DNA of 64,000 bases. Source: Thecamonas trahens ATCC 50062 (Eukaryota > Protista > Apusomonadida). The stretch covers positions 141,261 through 205,260 of the forward strand of contig NW_013657617.1 of NCBI RefSeq assembly GCF_000142905.1, written 5' to 3'. This document shows positions 10,363 through 21,594 of the stretch, one piece after another. The notes under the pieces were generated by a model that made no database searches, was not told the origin of the DNA, and saw only the letters and a program-made list of their open reading frames with translations. Every line of letters starts with the position of its first letter. Within the stretch, counting starts at the first letter, position 1. The translations under genes and the position numbers were made by a program.

Positions 10363-11205
10363 ATGTTCAGGACGGCAGTTATGGTGACGAGTGGATGCAT
10401 GGGCATGCGGAGGCTGACGGCATCAGCAGGAGCAGCAGCAGGTCACTCCAAGTGGGCCAACATTCGCCACCGCAAGGCCGACGTGGACAAGAAGCGCGGC
10501 TCGCTGCTCAACCGCATGTCCAAGGAGATCATGGCTGCTGTGAAGGAAGGCGGTGGCGATGCTCGAGAGAACCTTCGACTGGCTTCCATTGTCTCGCGTG
10601 CTCGTGCTGCCAACGTGCCCAAGGCCAATGTTCAGTCTGCCATCGATGCTGCTCTCTCCAGATCGGCTGCCGGCTCGGAGAGCGTGTACGAGGGCCAGCT
10701 GGGCCCGGTCTCGCTCCTCATCCAGACTCTGACCGACAACAAGAACAGGACAACAGCTCGTGTCCGCCACTGCTTGACAAAGTACGGTGGCGCTCTCGCT
10801 GGCGCCGGATCTGCCGCTTGGCTCTTCAATCGCCGCCTGCTCTTCTCCATTCCGCTGCCGCACGACGACGCCATCGTCGACGCTCTCATGGACGCTGCCC
10901 TCTCCAACGGCGCCGATGACATCGAGGTCAACGATAGTGAGGACGGCTCCGACGAGCCCGGCTCGCTGGTGGTCGTTGCCGAGCCAGCCTCGTCCAAGCC
11001 GCTCGGCACCGCCCTCCACGCCGCCCTCGCCGAGCTCTACCCCGCCGGCCCGCCGGAGCTCGACGTCAAGATGGTCACCATGCCTGACAATTTTATCGAC
11101 GTCTCGCCGGACCAGGCCGCCTCGCTCAACTCGGTCCTCGACATGCTCTCCGACGAGGACGACGTCGTCGACGTCGAGCACAACGCCAACCCGGACCTTC
11201 TCTAG
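10363..11205 (+). CDS. TACO1: TACO1 / YebC-family protein, probably mitochondrial
   Basis: GHSKWANIRHRK, N(V)PKANV..AI, YEG..GP, LTDNKNRT and WLF motifs. The Arg-containing, acid-free N-terminus resembles a transit peptide. Confidence 0.92.
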   Translation: MFRTAVMVTSGCMGMRRLTASAGAAAGHSKWANIRHRKADVDKKRGSLLNRMSKEIMAAVKEGGGDARENLRLASIVSRARAANVPKANVQSAIDAALSRSAAGSESVYEGQLGPVSLLIQTLTDNKNRTTARVRHCLTKYGGALAGAGSAAWLFNRRLLFSIPLPHDDAIVDALMDAALSNGADDIEVNDSEDGSDEPGSLVVVAEPASSKPLGTALHAALAELYPAGPPELDVKMVTMPDNFIDVSPDQAASLNSVLDMLSDEDDVVDVEHNANPDLL

Positions 11206-14200
11206 CCGCTGCCGTCATCGATCACGAGCTCAAAGCCCGAAGCCACCAGCGCCTCCAGCTCGGCGACCCGTGCCTCGAGCTGGCGCACTCGCCGCTTGGC
11301 CTGGCGGGCCTCGGTCATCGCGCCCTGCTTCTCAAACTCGTTCTGCGCCAGCCGAAGCTTGACCTGGACCAGCTGCTCTTCGAGCTCGTCACCGGTGCGG
11401 CCGAGCTCGTCGCGCTCGGCCAGGCTCGCTTCGAGCAGCGTCTCCAGCGCGCCGATTCGCATTTTGGCATCCTCCAGCGCGGCGGCCACCTCGTCGTCGT
11501 GGTACAGTACGCCGTCGTCGCGCCCGCGTTCCTTGCCGAGGTCGGCAATGGTCGAGAGCGCGTCAACCTGAGCTTGCAGGGTGTCGACCTCGGCGTATGC
11601 CCGCTCCAACTCGACCCGCAGCTCCTCGTAGTCCTGGCCGACCTGGACCAGCGTCTGGCGGGTCGACGCCAGCTGCTTCCGCAGCCCGTCGTCACGGTAG
11701 AGCGCCACCTCGGCAGTGAGCTCTGCCGCCGTCGCCTCGCTCGCTGCCGCCGCCTCGCGCAGCCGTGCCACCTCGACCCGCGCCCGCTCCAGCTTGGCCC
11801 TCGCCCGGTCGCGCTCTTGTTGCGCCACCGAGAGCTGCTCTTGGAGCACTTGCTGCATGGCCATAAACTCGGCGTCTTCCAGCCGCCCGCCCTGCGACGG
11901 GAGCCGGACCAGCTCTAGACGACGCGTCAGGGCCGCGTCCTCGTCAAACGAGCTCGACATGAGCGCACCACCAGCCCGGGCTGCAAAGTCGTCGTCAGTC
12001 TCGTCCGCCAGCGCCGGCGCCCGCATCCGCACAAACGGCGTCTCGGCGCCGCCGCCGGCTCGCACAATCGGCGAGTGGCCATAGATGTCAATGTACGCCC
12101 GCGTTGCCCGCGTGCTTGTCCCGGCTGCTGCCTCGGCCTCGGCCTCGGCCGCGGCCTCGGCCGCCGTCCGCCTCGCCTTCACCCGCCGCCACACCTCGAT
12201 CCCGACAAAGACCGAGACGCCGATCACAAGCACAACGTATTCGACTACAAGCGGCGCCCACTGTGGGTTGGCCGCGGTCGATACGCGAGAAGCCCACGCA
12301 TTGACGGCAGTCTTGAAGAGGACGATGGCGTACAGACCGGCCAGCGCTCGGTTGAGCATGCCGCCAAACGAGGTGCTTGTCAGCGAGCCACGCGAGGCCG
12401 GGAGGACCCGGGCAGCGACACCGCGGATGGAAACCGGACCCGAGTCGGCGTCACGGTCGTTGGCATCGCGGAACGGCTTGATGATGAGCGTGGCGACAAG
12501 GAGCGCCGCGTACACTGCGCCTACCACCGCCAGATACACTCCCGGCGGCCCTGTGTAGAAGATCCGCACTGCGCCGACCAGGGCGCGTGCGGGGAGCTCG
12601 ATGAGGGAGAAGACGGGTGCGTACTTGACATCGAGCCCGCCCGAGAAGAACGCTGCTATGCCCGATGCCTGCGGCGAGCTCGGCCCGTCGGTCGTCGCGG
12701 CGTAGCTGCGCAAGAAGATGACGCCAAGCAGCAGCGCCGAAGGTATGTAGTAGAGGAGGCCGACGAGCGATGCCGCAGTATACCATGTGTGATCGCCGGC
12801 GTAGCAGGTGACCGACGGCGCCGCGTCAAGGACAAACACATGCTCTGAGGTGGCAAACGGGCCCGGAGCTGGCGGGAGTGCAACCTTGGTGCACTTGAGC
12901 GCGCGGAGGAGGGCAAGGACAAACGGGAGAAAGCCGCCTGACGAGAGCAGCGGGATGATGACGTCGAGCAGGTAGTAGTCGACGACCGAGCCCGAGCCGA
13001 GGCTCGGGAAGAGCGCGGTGAGATGCAGCGAGTAGTCGGCGACGAGGCCTAGCGCCAGGTTCGCCGACGCCAGTGTCCACAGCAGAATGGCCGAGAACGC
13101 AGCGAGGAACGCTGCCTCAAACGCTGTCCGCGCGTCCGATGAGGACGAGACGAGGACCGAGCCGAGCGAGACCGATCGCAGCGTCGACTCGACCGAAGCT
13201 GTCGCCGGAAACACCACGCCGTCGACGTAGGTTAGACCCCAGAGCTGGACAAACTGCAGCGCAATGAGCGAGAGCGTGAACACGTTCATGGCGTTGAACC
13301 GGAGGCTCTGCGACGGGCGCTCGACCATGCGCAACGTCGTGTCGCGGGCAATCTGCACGCAGAGTGCGCCGCCAAAGATGAGGCCGAGGACGGCAAAGAG
13401 GCCGAGGACAAGGTAGGTGGCGAGGAGCGCCGAGCCGGCCGAAGTGCCTTCGGCGAGTGCCGGCATAACGGTCACGCCATAGAGGAGGCCGCCAGCGACG
13501 AGGAGGCCAAACACCGGAGCCATGATCTGTGAGGCCTGGGTGAGAAAGAGCTCTTCGAGCGAGGTCGAGAGCGGCGCAGTGAGGCCGCGCGGCGAAAAGA
13601 CCGCGCCGAGCAGCAGTGCGGGCAGGCTCAGTGCCATGCCCAGCAAGGTGATGCAAAAGACGGCAGCGCGGGCGGCGCGGGCGCCAACGGCAGCTGCGAC
13701 GCTAGCGTCGCCCGAGTGTGACCCGAGAAGGAGCGCCCGCTCGTAGCTCGGTGTTTCGGCCTGGTACGGGACGAAAGCAGCGCGGAGCTCGACGCCGTGG
13801 GTCCAGAGCTCATCGTATGAGCCATCGGAGCCAACGTTGGCCACAGCGCGATCAAAGGCAAGCTCAAGCGGGGTAGTCCGTGCGGCACCTTGTGACATGA
13901 TGTGTGGGTCGGCACCGGCGGCGAGGAGAGCGCGGGCGATGGATGGAACGAGAAAGTAGTAAAAGCCCAGGTGGAGAGCGGTGGCACCGGCATCATCCTG
14001 GGCATTGATGGCGACGGCGCCGGTGGCAAGTAGCGCCTCGACAACCGCAACGTTGCCAAGCTGGGTGGCGTACATGATCGGCGTTCGCCCGCGCTCGTCG
14101 GTGGCGTTGACGTTGGCGCCTTCGGCGATGAGCAGACGGGCCTCGGGCCCAGCGTCGCGAAGAAGAAGCGAGACAAAGAGCAGGCCGGTGACATCGTGGA

Positions 14201-15140
14201 AAAAGTCCTCCATCCGCGCCTCGATGTGAACCTCGCCCGAGTAGAGCATACCTGCGACGGTGGCGAGCTCACCCTGCTCGAGAGCAGTGAACCAGAGCGA
14301 GCTGGGCGTGGCGTAGCCGCGCTCCATCCGCCACACCCGCTCGACGTCGAGGACCGATTGGCCCGAGCCGTTGGTGAGCGTGACGTCGGCAAACGAGGCA
14401 CGCAGCAGGTCGAGGACCGGGCTGTTGCCGACCTTGGCGGCGATGTGTGCGGCGGTCTCTCCCGCGGCGTCGCCGGTCCGCTCGTCGACCACTGCGCCCG
14501 CGGCAATGAGTGCCTTGCACGCATCAACCGATCCGGCCTCGGCAGCGGCAAAGTGAAGGGCGGTCTTGCCGAGCTCGTTGACGGCATGGACATCCGCACC
14601 ACGCTCGAGCAAGGCGGCAACAACAGCGCTGCGACCCTTCTGAGCAGCAAAGTGAAGCGGAAAGGATCCATACAGCCGAGGATTGGTTGCACACACATTG
14701 ACCAGATCCGGCCTCGAGAGCAAGATCTTCTTGACAGCCAGCTCATCGCCCTCGATACACTTTGCAATGAGCGCAGCCGCAGTCGCCACCGTCTCGACCG
14801 TCTTGCCGCTCATCCTGGACACAATGTTGTTGCCTTGGCCGGCAGCCGAGGGCGATGGATCTGACGCCAGGTATAAGTCCCGTGACTTTGGCTCATGATC
14901 ACCATTACCATCATCATCACCAGCATCATCAGCTTGCTGCCGAGTATGGCTTGATTCTCTATGAGATGGTGACGACGATGTCGATGCAGGAGATGACCTT
15001 GTCCGAGCGGCTGCCGACCTACGTCTTGGCGGCGGAGACGACGACGGCAGAGGAGGTCCTGACAACGGAACAGGCGGTGGTCGACCATGTGATGATGATG
15101 AAGAAGATGTACTGGATGATGACGGTCGTCGCCGTGGCAT
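11202..15140 (-). CDS. Ankyrin-repeat multi-pass membrane protein with a C-terminal coiled coil
   Basis: Several ankyrin repeats (FPLHFAAQKG, TALHFAA, TAAHIAAKVG, TPIMYA, TALHLG), about ten hydrophobic segments, and a heptad-rich E/L/R/A tail. The start codon is uncertain. Confidence 0.85.
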   Translation of the reverse strand: MPRRRPSSSSTSSSSSSHGRPPPVPLSGPPLPSSSPPPRRRSAAARTRSSPASTSSSPSHRESSHTRQQADDAGDDDGNGDHEPKSRDLYLASDPSPSAAGQGNNIVSRMSGKTVETVATAAALIAKCIEGDELAVKKILLSRPDLVNVCATNPRLYGSFPLHFAAQKGRSAVVAALLERGADVHAVNELGKTALHFAAAEAGSVDACKALIAAGAVVDERTGDAAGETAAHIAAKVGNSPVLDLLRASFADVTLTNGSGQSVLDVERVWRMERGYATPSSLWFTALEQGELATVAGMLYSGEVHIEARMEDFFHDVTGLLFVSLLLRDAGPEARLLIAEGANVNATDERGRTPIMYATQLGNVAVVEALLATGAVAINAQDDAGATALHLGFYYFLVPSIARALLAAGADPHIMSQGAARTTPLELAFDRAVANVGSDGSYDELWTHGVELRAAFVPYQAETPSYERALLLGSHSGDASVAAAVGARAARAAVFCITLLGMALSLPALLLGAVFSPRGLTAPLSTSLEELFLTQASQIMAPVFGLLVAGGLLYGVTVMPALAEGTSAGSALLATYLVLGLFAVLGLIFGGALCVQIARDTTLRMVERPSQSLRFNAMNVFTLSLIALQFVQLWGLTYVDGVVFPATASVESTLRSVSLGSVLVSSSSDARTAFEAAFLAAFSAILLWTLASANLALGLVADYSLHLTALFPSLGSGSVVDYYLLDVIIPLLSSGGFLPFVLALLRALKCTKVALPPAPGPFATSEHVFVLDAAPSVTCYAGDHTWYTAASLVGLLYYIPSALLLGVIFLRSYAATTDGPSSPQASGIAAFFSGGLDVKYAPVFSLIELPARALVGAVRIFYTGPPGVYLAVVGAVYAALLVATLIIKPFRDANDRDADSGPVSIRGVAARVLPASRGSLTSTSFGGMLNRALAGLYAIVLFKTAVNAWASRVSTAANPQWAPLVVEYVVLVIGVSVFVGIEVWRRVKARRTAAEAAAEAEAEAAAGTSTRATRAYIDIYGHSPIVRAGGGAETPFVRMRAPALADETDDDFAARAGGALMSSSFDEDAALTRRLELVRLPSQGGRLEDAEFMAMQQVLQEQLSVAQQERDRARAKLERARVEVARLREAAAASEATAAELTAEVALYRDDGLRKQLASTRQTLVQVGQDYEELRVELERAYAEVDTLQAQVDALSTIADLGKERGRDDGVLYHDDEVAAALEDAKMRIGALETLLEASLAERDELGRTGDELEEQLVQVKLRLAQNEFEKQGAMTEARQAKRRVRQLEARVAELEALVASGFELVIDDGSG

Positions 15141-15543
15141 GTCGTTCCCTCCCCGCTTCCCCACCTCCCCTTTGCAGCGGGGGAGAGCAGTGACCGTTGG
15201 TTACCGTCATCATGATCACGATCGTGATCGCGATCGCGATCGCGATCAAGTTGATGACTGGGGGTGGTTGCCACTGCTGCCTGGCCACCAACAGCGGCAG
15301 GGAGGGTATGACAGACTCCCATGATGGATGTGTGTATGTAGACGTGTGTGTGTGTGTGTGTATGTGTGTGTGGATCTGCTGTGATAGGCTCCGATGGCTG
15401 TATCTTGACCGATCTTTCATGGGGAGTGAAGGGACGCAGCTGGATGTGATGTGGCGGCTCGGCAGCTGATGCTAACCAGCAAGCCGGATCCGTCGATGAG
15501 TACTGGCTTGTGTGTGTGTGTGTGTGTGTGTATGTGTGTGTGT

Positions 15544-15906
15544 GTGTGGTGGATCTACCCCCCATGATCATCCCCCTCATCAAGATGCTCACTCGGGAGA
15601 GTTCTGCCAGCAGATCAGCAGCAGCCTGTGCCGACCAGCGAGCTCGCGTACTCCAACACGATGGCCACTGATATGCATGATGCGTGTGGTGGATCTACCC
15701 CCCATGATCATCCCCCTCATCAAGATGCTCACTCGGGAGAGTTCTGCCAGCAGATCAGCAGCAGCCTGTGCCGACCAGCGAGCTCGCGTACTCCAACACG
15801 ATGGCCACTGATATGCATGATGTGTGTGGTGGATCTACCCCCCCATGATCATCCCCCTCATCAAGATGCTCACTCAAGAGAGTTCCGCCAGCAGATCAGC
15901 AGCAGT
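15544..15906. repeat. 140-bp direct tandem repeat, ~2.6 copies
   Basis: GGATCTACCC recurs at 15551, 15691 and 15831. Copies 1 and 2 are nearly identical. Confidence 0.95.
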
Positions 15907-16014
15907 CGGTGTGTCTCGCCCTTGGCTCCTCCCCCCCCCCCCCCCTTGGCTTGGCTCGGCTGCTGGCTCGCCGTCTATCCCCGTCATCGCCCACCACCGC
16001 ACTCGCTGGCCACC

Positions 16015-17727
16015 ATGTCTGCGACCTTTGCAACGTCACTAGAGAAGGTCATTGAGGGTGTAGTGTCCCAGCTGAAGCGACGGTATGTTCCATCTATATC
16101 CCACGTTTGTGGTGCTGCGCTGTTGTCTTCTGTGTCATATGTGCTTTGAGTATGGGTGGCGGGGTGGGGGGGGGGAGAGGGGAGAGGGGAGAGGGCGGAG
16201 ATTAGAGTCTGCGTCGTCGAAGGCTCCGAGGGGTGTGGACTCATGGTGGGTATGGGTATGGTCATGGGTGTGGGTATGGTCATGGGTGTGGGTATGGTCA
16301 TGGACGTGGATATGGGCACGGCCGTGGGTATGGGCACGGCGTGGGCGACCTGGTCGATGTGGACGGTTCTGTGCTGGACGACGACGACTTCCTTCGCGGC
16401 GGCGACTCTATCCTGGTCGACACCGTGGATGGCTCACCCCTGGACGTCATTGTGGACGGCTCGGCTCACCCTTGGAGGACGGCTCGGCTCACCCTTGGAC
16501 GTTATCGTGGATGGCTCACCTCTGGACGACATCTCGCTCCGGGACACGATGGCACGGACAACACTCTCGCTGCTGCGGTCTGTGGTCTCGGCCGAGGGCG
16601 GGAAGCGGTCGGCGCAGGAGCTGCTTGAATGCGTGCGGTACATCGGCCAGCGGCTGGAGGAGTCACAGCCGGTCGAGATGGCGGCCGGGTGCACCGTCCG
16701 CCGAGTCATGCACATCATCCGGACAGAGTACGCCAAGGCTGTGGTTGTGCGCGACGAGGAGCTTGCACGCGAGGCCGAGGCTGCGGCGGCGCGCGCGTCG
16801 GCGGTTGCGGACCAGAGCGAGGAGGACCAGAGCGAGGGCGATGAGGACGGGAGTGACCGCGCCGACTCGGATGGCCGGCTCTCGCTGGTGACCTCGGGCC
16901 GCATGGTGGCGGCACCGGTCTCACCGCGCTCGGGCGGCGCCATGACGCCGCGGTTGGAGGCCAACGGCGGTGCACTGCATCACATGCTGGAAGGCGCCGG
17001 CGCGGCCGAGGACGCCACGCCGCGGCTTGACCGGACCGACGTCTCCATCAAGTCGGCCGTCCTCGGCATCATCACCGAGCTCATCGACGACCTCGCGAAC
17101 CTGCACGACCAGATTGCCGAGTCGGCGCCCGAGTTCATCTCGTCGGGCGAGACCATCATGACGCTGGGCAACTCGCGGACAGTCCGCGAGTTCCTCATCA
17201 TGGCCTCGGAGAAGCGGCAGATTGAGGTCATTGTGGCCGAGTCTGCGCCCACACTCGCCGGCCACCAGCTTGCCGCCGAGCTCGCTGCCGCCGGCGTCTC
17301 CACCACCGTCATCACTGACTCGGCTGTCTTTGCCATGATGGCCACCGTGTCCAAGGTCATTGTGCCGGCCCACGCCGTCATGGCCAACGGCGGCATCATC
17401 GGGCTGACCGGATGCAACTCTCTCGCGCTCGCCGCCAAGCGCTACTCGGTCCCGTTTGTGGTCGTCACCGGCTTCCACAAGCTTGTCCCGCACTTTCCGC
17501 ACGACGTCGACGAGCACAACATGCACCACTCGCCCGAGACCGTCCTCCACTTTGAGGAGTCGGACATCGTCGACGCTGTCACTGTGTACAACCCGGTGTT
17601 TGATTACGTTCCGCCCGACCATGTCGACCTCTTTGTCTCCAACTTTGAGCGCGGCGTCCACAATCCGTCGTACATCTACCGCCTTCTCGCCGAGTTCTAC
17701 TCGCCCGAGGACCACACCCTCCACTAA
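16015..17727 (+). CDS. EIF2B2: Translation initiation factor eIF2B beta subunit (intron-containing 5' end)
   Basis: Exon 1 MSATFATSLEKVIEGVVSQLKRR with a donor at 16083, then MARTTLSLLRSV, QPVEMAAGCTVRRVMHIIRTEY, IMTLGNSRTVREFL, VITDSAVFAMM, NPVFDYVPP and PSYIYRLLAEFYSPED. The exon structure over 16083-16540 is uncertain. Confidence 0.92.
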
Positions 17728-17734
17728 ACACGGA

Positions 17735-18946
17735 TCACGAGCCGCAGGTGTAGAAAAAGTGCGTCTGCGGCAGCGCAAGCAGGTCGTCGACCGGCCCAGC
17801 CCCGAGCTTGCGCAGCACCCACACCAGCGGCGCAAATGCTCTGCTTGTCACGCTGTTGAAGAATGGCGTCTTGACCGCATACAGCTTCAGCTGCGTTGCC
17901 CGCCGCCACAGCTCCGCCCGCTCACCGGCAGAGAGCTTCAGCACCGACGTCGACGAGAGCCCGATCGATGCCAGCTCGAGAACGAGCGAGAGTGTCCACG
18001 GCTTCCACGACGAGTGGCCGGCAGCGAGGATGGCTCCCACGTACGCAACAGGCGCAACGGCATGGAGGACCTCACCTGCGAGGAGGTGCGGCGTGAGCGG
18101 TGTCCGCGGCGCGGGCGCCAGCGGCGTCGGACGCGGCGACCCGCTCTCGGCGCCGCGCCGCAGCGGCGACGACGCAGACGACCACGCCTGCTTCCGCCGC
18201 TTGAGGAGCGCGGCCGGCGAAACTCGGGCCACATCGCCCACCAGCGCCGAAAACGTGGCCGGCGAGTCGGCCGACGCCGCCGGCGAGTCCTTGAACACCT
18301 GCCGGACCCGCACCCGCGCAGAGTCCGCCGCCTCGGCCTCCTCCACCTTTGCCGCCGCCGACCGCAGCGCCGGATCGCGGATGATACGCGGAATGGCGAG
18401 CGGGAGGAGCGCAGCCTGGCTCTTGATCAGAGCCCAAAACTTGAGCAGAGCCTTGGCCACCTCCACCAGCAGGACAACAAGCCACCTAGCTCTCTGACCA
18501 AACTTGCGAGTAGCCAGGACTTCGACCCAGACCTGAATCGTCCTCACCGCCGAGAGCAACAGTGCGATTGAAGGCAGCGGCAACGGCGCCGGCGCGGCCG
18601 ACTTGACAAACTCGACCACCGCACCAATCATAGCCGCCGAAGATGACGATGACGACGATGACGAAGACGACAATGACGAGAATGACGCCGTCGAGGTTGA
18701 GATGCCAGTCGGAAGAGGCAGTGTCGTGTGGGCGAGCGATGTGATGAGGGCATCGTGGAGAAGAGCCGTCACGTCGAGGACAGTCGTCAGAGATTGGAGG
18801 AGGAGCTCCGAGGAGGAGAAGCGACCGGGGAGACAGAAGACGGCAGAACGGAGGTACGACTCCAGGCCACCAAGAGTTGGTGCAAGCTCAAGCACACGTT
18901 GCGTGTAGCCGGGAAAGTACGCATCCACAGCTTCGTTCAGCGCCAT
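17735..18946 (-). CDS. PEX16: Peroxisomal membrane protein PEX16
   Basis: LESYLRSAVFCLPGRFSSSE, RWLVVLLVEVAKA, GEVLHAVAP, WKPWTLSL, ELWRR...YAVKTPFF and the terminal FFYT motif. Confidence 0.88.
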   Translation of the reverse strand: MALNEAVDAYFPGYTQRVLELAPTLGGLESYLRSAVFCLPGRFSSSELLLQSLTTVLDVTALLHDALITSLAHTTLPLPTGISTSTASFSSLSSSSSSSSSSSAAMIGAVVEFVKSAAPAPLPLPSIALLLSAVRTIQVWVEVLATRKFGQRARWLVVLLVEVAKALLKFWALIKSQAALLPLAIPRIIRDPALRSAAAKVEEAEAADSARVRVRQVFKDSPAASADSPATFSALVGDVARVSPAALLKRRKQAWSSASSPLRRGAESGSPRPTPLAPAPRTPLTPHLLAGEVLHAVAPVAYVGAILAAGHSSWKPWTLSLVLELASIGLSSTSVLKLSAGERAELWRRATQLKLYAVKTPFFNSVTSRAFAPLVWVLRKLGAGPVDDLLALPQTHFFYTCGS

Positions 18947-19116
18947 GGTGTGCAGTGTGGGCTGGCCGCGAGAGGTGCCACTGCCGAGTGGTCCGGTCGG
19001 GTGACGTGGGCGGCTGTGGGCGCCGAGTTTGTGGGGCGAGGACGATGGGGCGGGCGATCGGATGCGGGAGTGATCAGATTCGGGGGATTGGGGTGAGGAG
19101 GACGGTGATCGGATGA

Positions 19117-19180
19117 GGGTTGGGGTTGGGGTTGGGGTTGGGGTTGGGGTTGGGGGTTGGGGGGTTGGGGGGTTTGGGGG
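19117..19180 (+). repeat. (TTGGGG)n G-rich microsatellite
   Basis: About six perfect TTGGGG units that then degenerate. Confidence 0.8.
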
Positions 19181-19339
19181 GGTGGCAATGGCTACTCATC
19201 CGCAAATCAGAGGTACTGCCAGGTCAGCAGGTGCGCGCACATGGCTCATACAAGGAATGCGCAACGTTCATTCACATTCAAAATCACTGCGACTTTGGAG
19301 CAAGCGTCCAGAGTAGTGCAGTAGAAACAGGGCAGCTCA

Positions 19340-20372
19340 CTAGGCCATGGCCACAACAATGGCGGCGATGGCGGCGAGGACGGCCGGAATCATCATCGGA
19401 ACGGCGGAGGCCGAGCCAGAGACGGTTGGCGAGTTGGTCGTCACCGGCGAGTTGGAGGGCGGCGGCGGCGAGGCCGGCGGCGGCGGCGGCGGGCACGACG
19501 AGGTGGTGGTAAAGTCGACCGGGAAGCGGACAGCCTCATCGTGGCGCGAGTACTCGGAGTCGACCTCGGGTGGCGTGCCGTCGTTGACAGCAGCCACGAT
19601 CGAGTTGGAGCCGGCAATCCAGACGTTGTCCTTGACCTGGCCGGTGTTGAGGACACGATCAAACTCGGCAGTGAGGATGCCGTTCTCATACTTGACCGCA
19701 ACGTTGGTGTTGTCGTTGTTGGTGTCCATCGGCGGCTGGTTCGGCCCGTCCGAGTACCCGTCGACAACCACACCGCCACCGGCCATCATACCCACCTGCG
19801 TGTCGATGTCGATCATAGTCGGCTCGCCACCCACACCAAAGCCGACCCATCCACCAACCTGCGCCTCCATGGCAATCGAAATGCTCGTGGAAGACGAGTT
19901 CAGCTGGCTATCCTCCTCGCCCGCCACGTGAATACCGCATGGTGAATGAGTGAGTCACAGTTCCGCAGAATTTCGCCGACGGCGCCCCCAAACCGCTCCC
20001 GCACCACCCTCCCACCCTCCCACCCTCCCGCCCTCCTCCACCGCGGGGAGAAGGGGCTTTGCACGTACTTCCAGTACAGCCGGTAGTTGTACGAGCTCGA
20101 CAGCTGGGTCACAGCCATGCAAGAGTCATAGCTCCGTGTCGGCATCCCTGTCCCCCTCCCCACCCGAATCATCTCGCACATCGGTGAGTGTGCCCGCTGA
20201 CGGCTTTCTCGGCAATAAATATTCAATGGACGGCGAAGCAGAGGGGCAAGCAGATGCATTGCCACCTGCTGTGCCCGCTCTATGTGCGCGCAATGTGTCG
20301 CGCTCACATACCCATAGCCACACCGGCGAGGAGAGCAAGTGCCACAAGTGCTGTAATGGTCACGTTCCGCAT
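19340..20372 (-). CDS. Secreted, probably GPI-anchored DOMON-domain protein (three exons)
   Basis: Signal-peptide exon MRNVTITALVALALLAGVAMG. GT-AG introns join YRLYW-NQLNSSSTSISIAMEAQVGGWVGFG...MIDID...FDRVLNTG (DOMON). A Pro/Ser linker and hydrophobic C-terminus follow. Confidence 0.8.
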
Positions 20373-20728
20373 GTTGCTGTGCGCGAGTGAAATGCCAATG
20401 GTTGCAGTAGGGGGGGAATGTGTGGCGGTGAGTGGCTTTGCAGCTGCGAAGACTGACCGCAAACGACAGCCGACCACACCCCCGGATGATCCACGTACCA
20501 CACACGACATGGCTGCAAGATCGAAGCATGGCGCAGTGGCTGGAGCACGGCTGGAGTCGTCGAGCAATGGCTTCGATGACTACTGTCCCTTTCTTCTTAC
20601 CTGTTCAACGTGTGGGGTCATCGTCATAGACCATGAGCCAGAAGCAGGCAATGTCGTTTACCGCTATCAAGCCGCGCGATTGACACGCCGCCGGAAGGCG
20701 GGAAATACTGCCAACAAAAGGGGGCTGC

Positions 20729-21594
20729 TTACGCAAGGGCAAGTGCAAGGCTAATCACAGCGCCAAAGACGGCGATGGCGATCGAAGCGGTGGGGGCAGC
20801 CGCCACAGCAGCCGAAGTCGCGGTCCCGGTCGAGTTGGACGCCGGCGGCGGCGGCGGCGACGTCGGGTTGCCACCTGCCATGATGGGCGAGTACGCCATG
20901 TATGACTTGGTCGTGCCGGTCTTGGTGTGGCACCCGCCGACGATGAAGACCTTCTCATCCGAGGCAGCCCCGGTGCAGTCGGTCGAGTCGTAGGTGTGCT
21001 CCATCACGACCGTGGCGTTGGCAAAGTACTGAACCGAGGTCGAGGCCGTCTGCTGGACACACGTGTTGTTTGCGTGGATCATGAACAGCTGGGTACCCTG
21101 CTTGTTGGCGTTGGCATCGGTGCAGTCGGTGGTGAGGTACTCGTACCTGTAGACCGTGTGCGCATCAGGCGTCGGAAGCGCCGACGGACAATCGAGTTTG
21201 TTCGAGAGGTAGCTGCCCGAGTTGTTCTCGCAGAACGTCGCGGAGCACGTCGTTGTCAAGTGCCGCACCCATGTGGTGATTTGGTTGGAGCAGCCACCTC
21301 CGATAAACTTCTCATACCGGTAAAAGTCGGCATGGACCATGACCGCAAGGGCTGCGACGACCACTCTGTGGCGCCAGCGTGGGTGAGTTGCAATTTTTCT
21401 GAATTTTGCCGCACCGGGTCGTTTCTTACCCCCTCCTCCTCGTGCACCGCTGCTAGGCCGGTGGCATGCGGTCTACGAGAGCACATGTACAGCTATGCTG
21501 TGCAACAGCAACGTGGGTCACTACAGTTGCAGCTAGGTAGTCAGGCAGCGGCAGAAGCTTACAGCGTGGCGAGGACAGACGAGATACGGGACAT
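20729..21594 (-). CDS. Secreted Cys-rich, probably GPI-anchored surface protein (paralogue 1)
   Basis: Exon 1 MSRISSVLATL, intron 21562-21366 (GTAAGC...CTCAC...CAG), signal peptide, paired Cys, Pro/Ser/Thr stalk and hydrophobic C-terminus. Confidence 0.8.

Noticed and set aside
15544-15906. Possible CRISPR-like array
   Set aside because: The whole 140-bp units repeat with no unique spacers, there are no cas genes, and the context is eukaryotic.
19117-19180. Telomere-like (TTGGGG)n
   Set aside because: It is short, internal and degenerating, and fits the general C-rich leader pattern upstream of PEX16.
19905-20070. Apparent non-canonical intron acceptor in the DOMON gene
   Set aside because: A canonical GATAG acceptor slightly downstream restores the frame (YW-NQLNSS).
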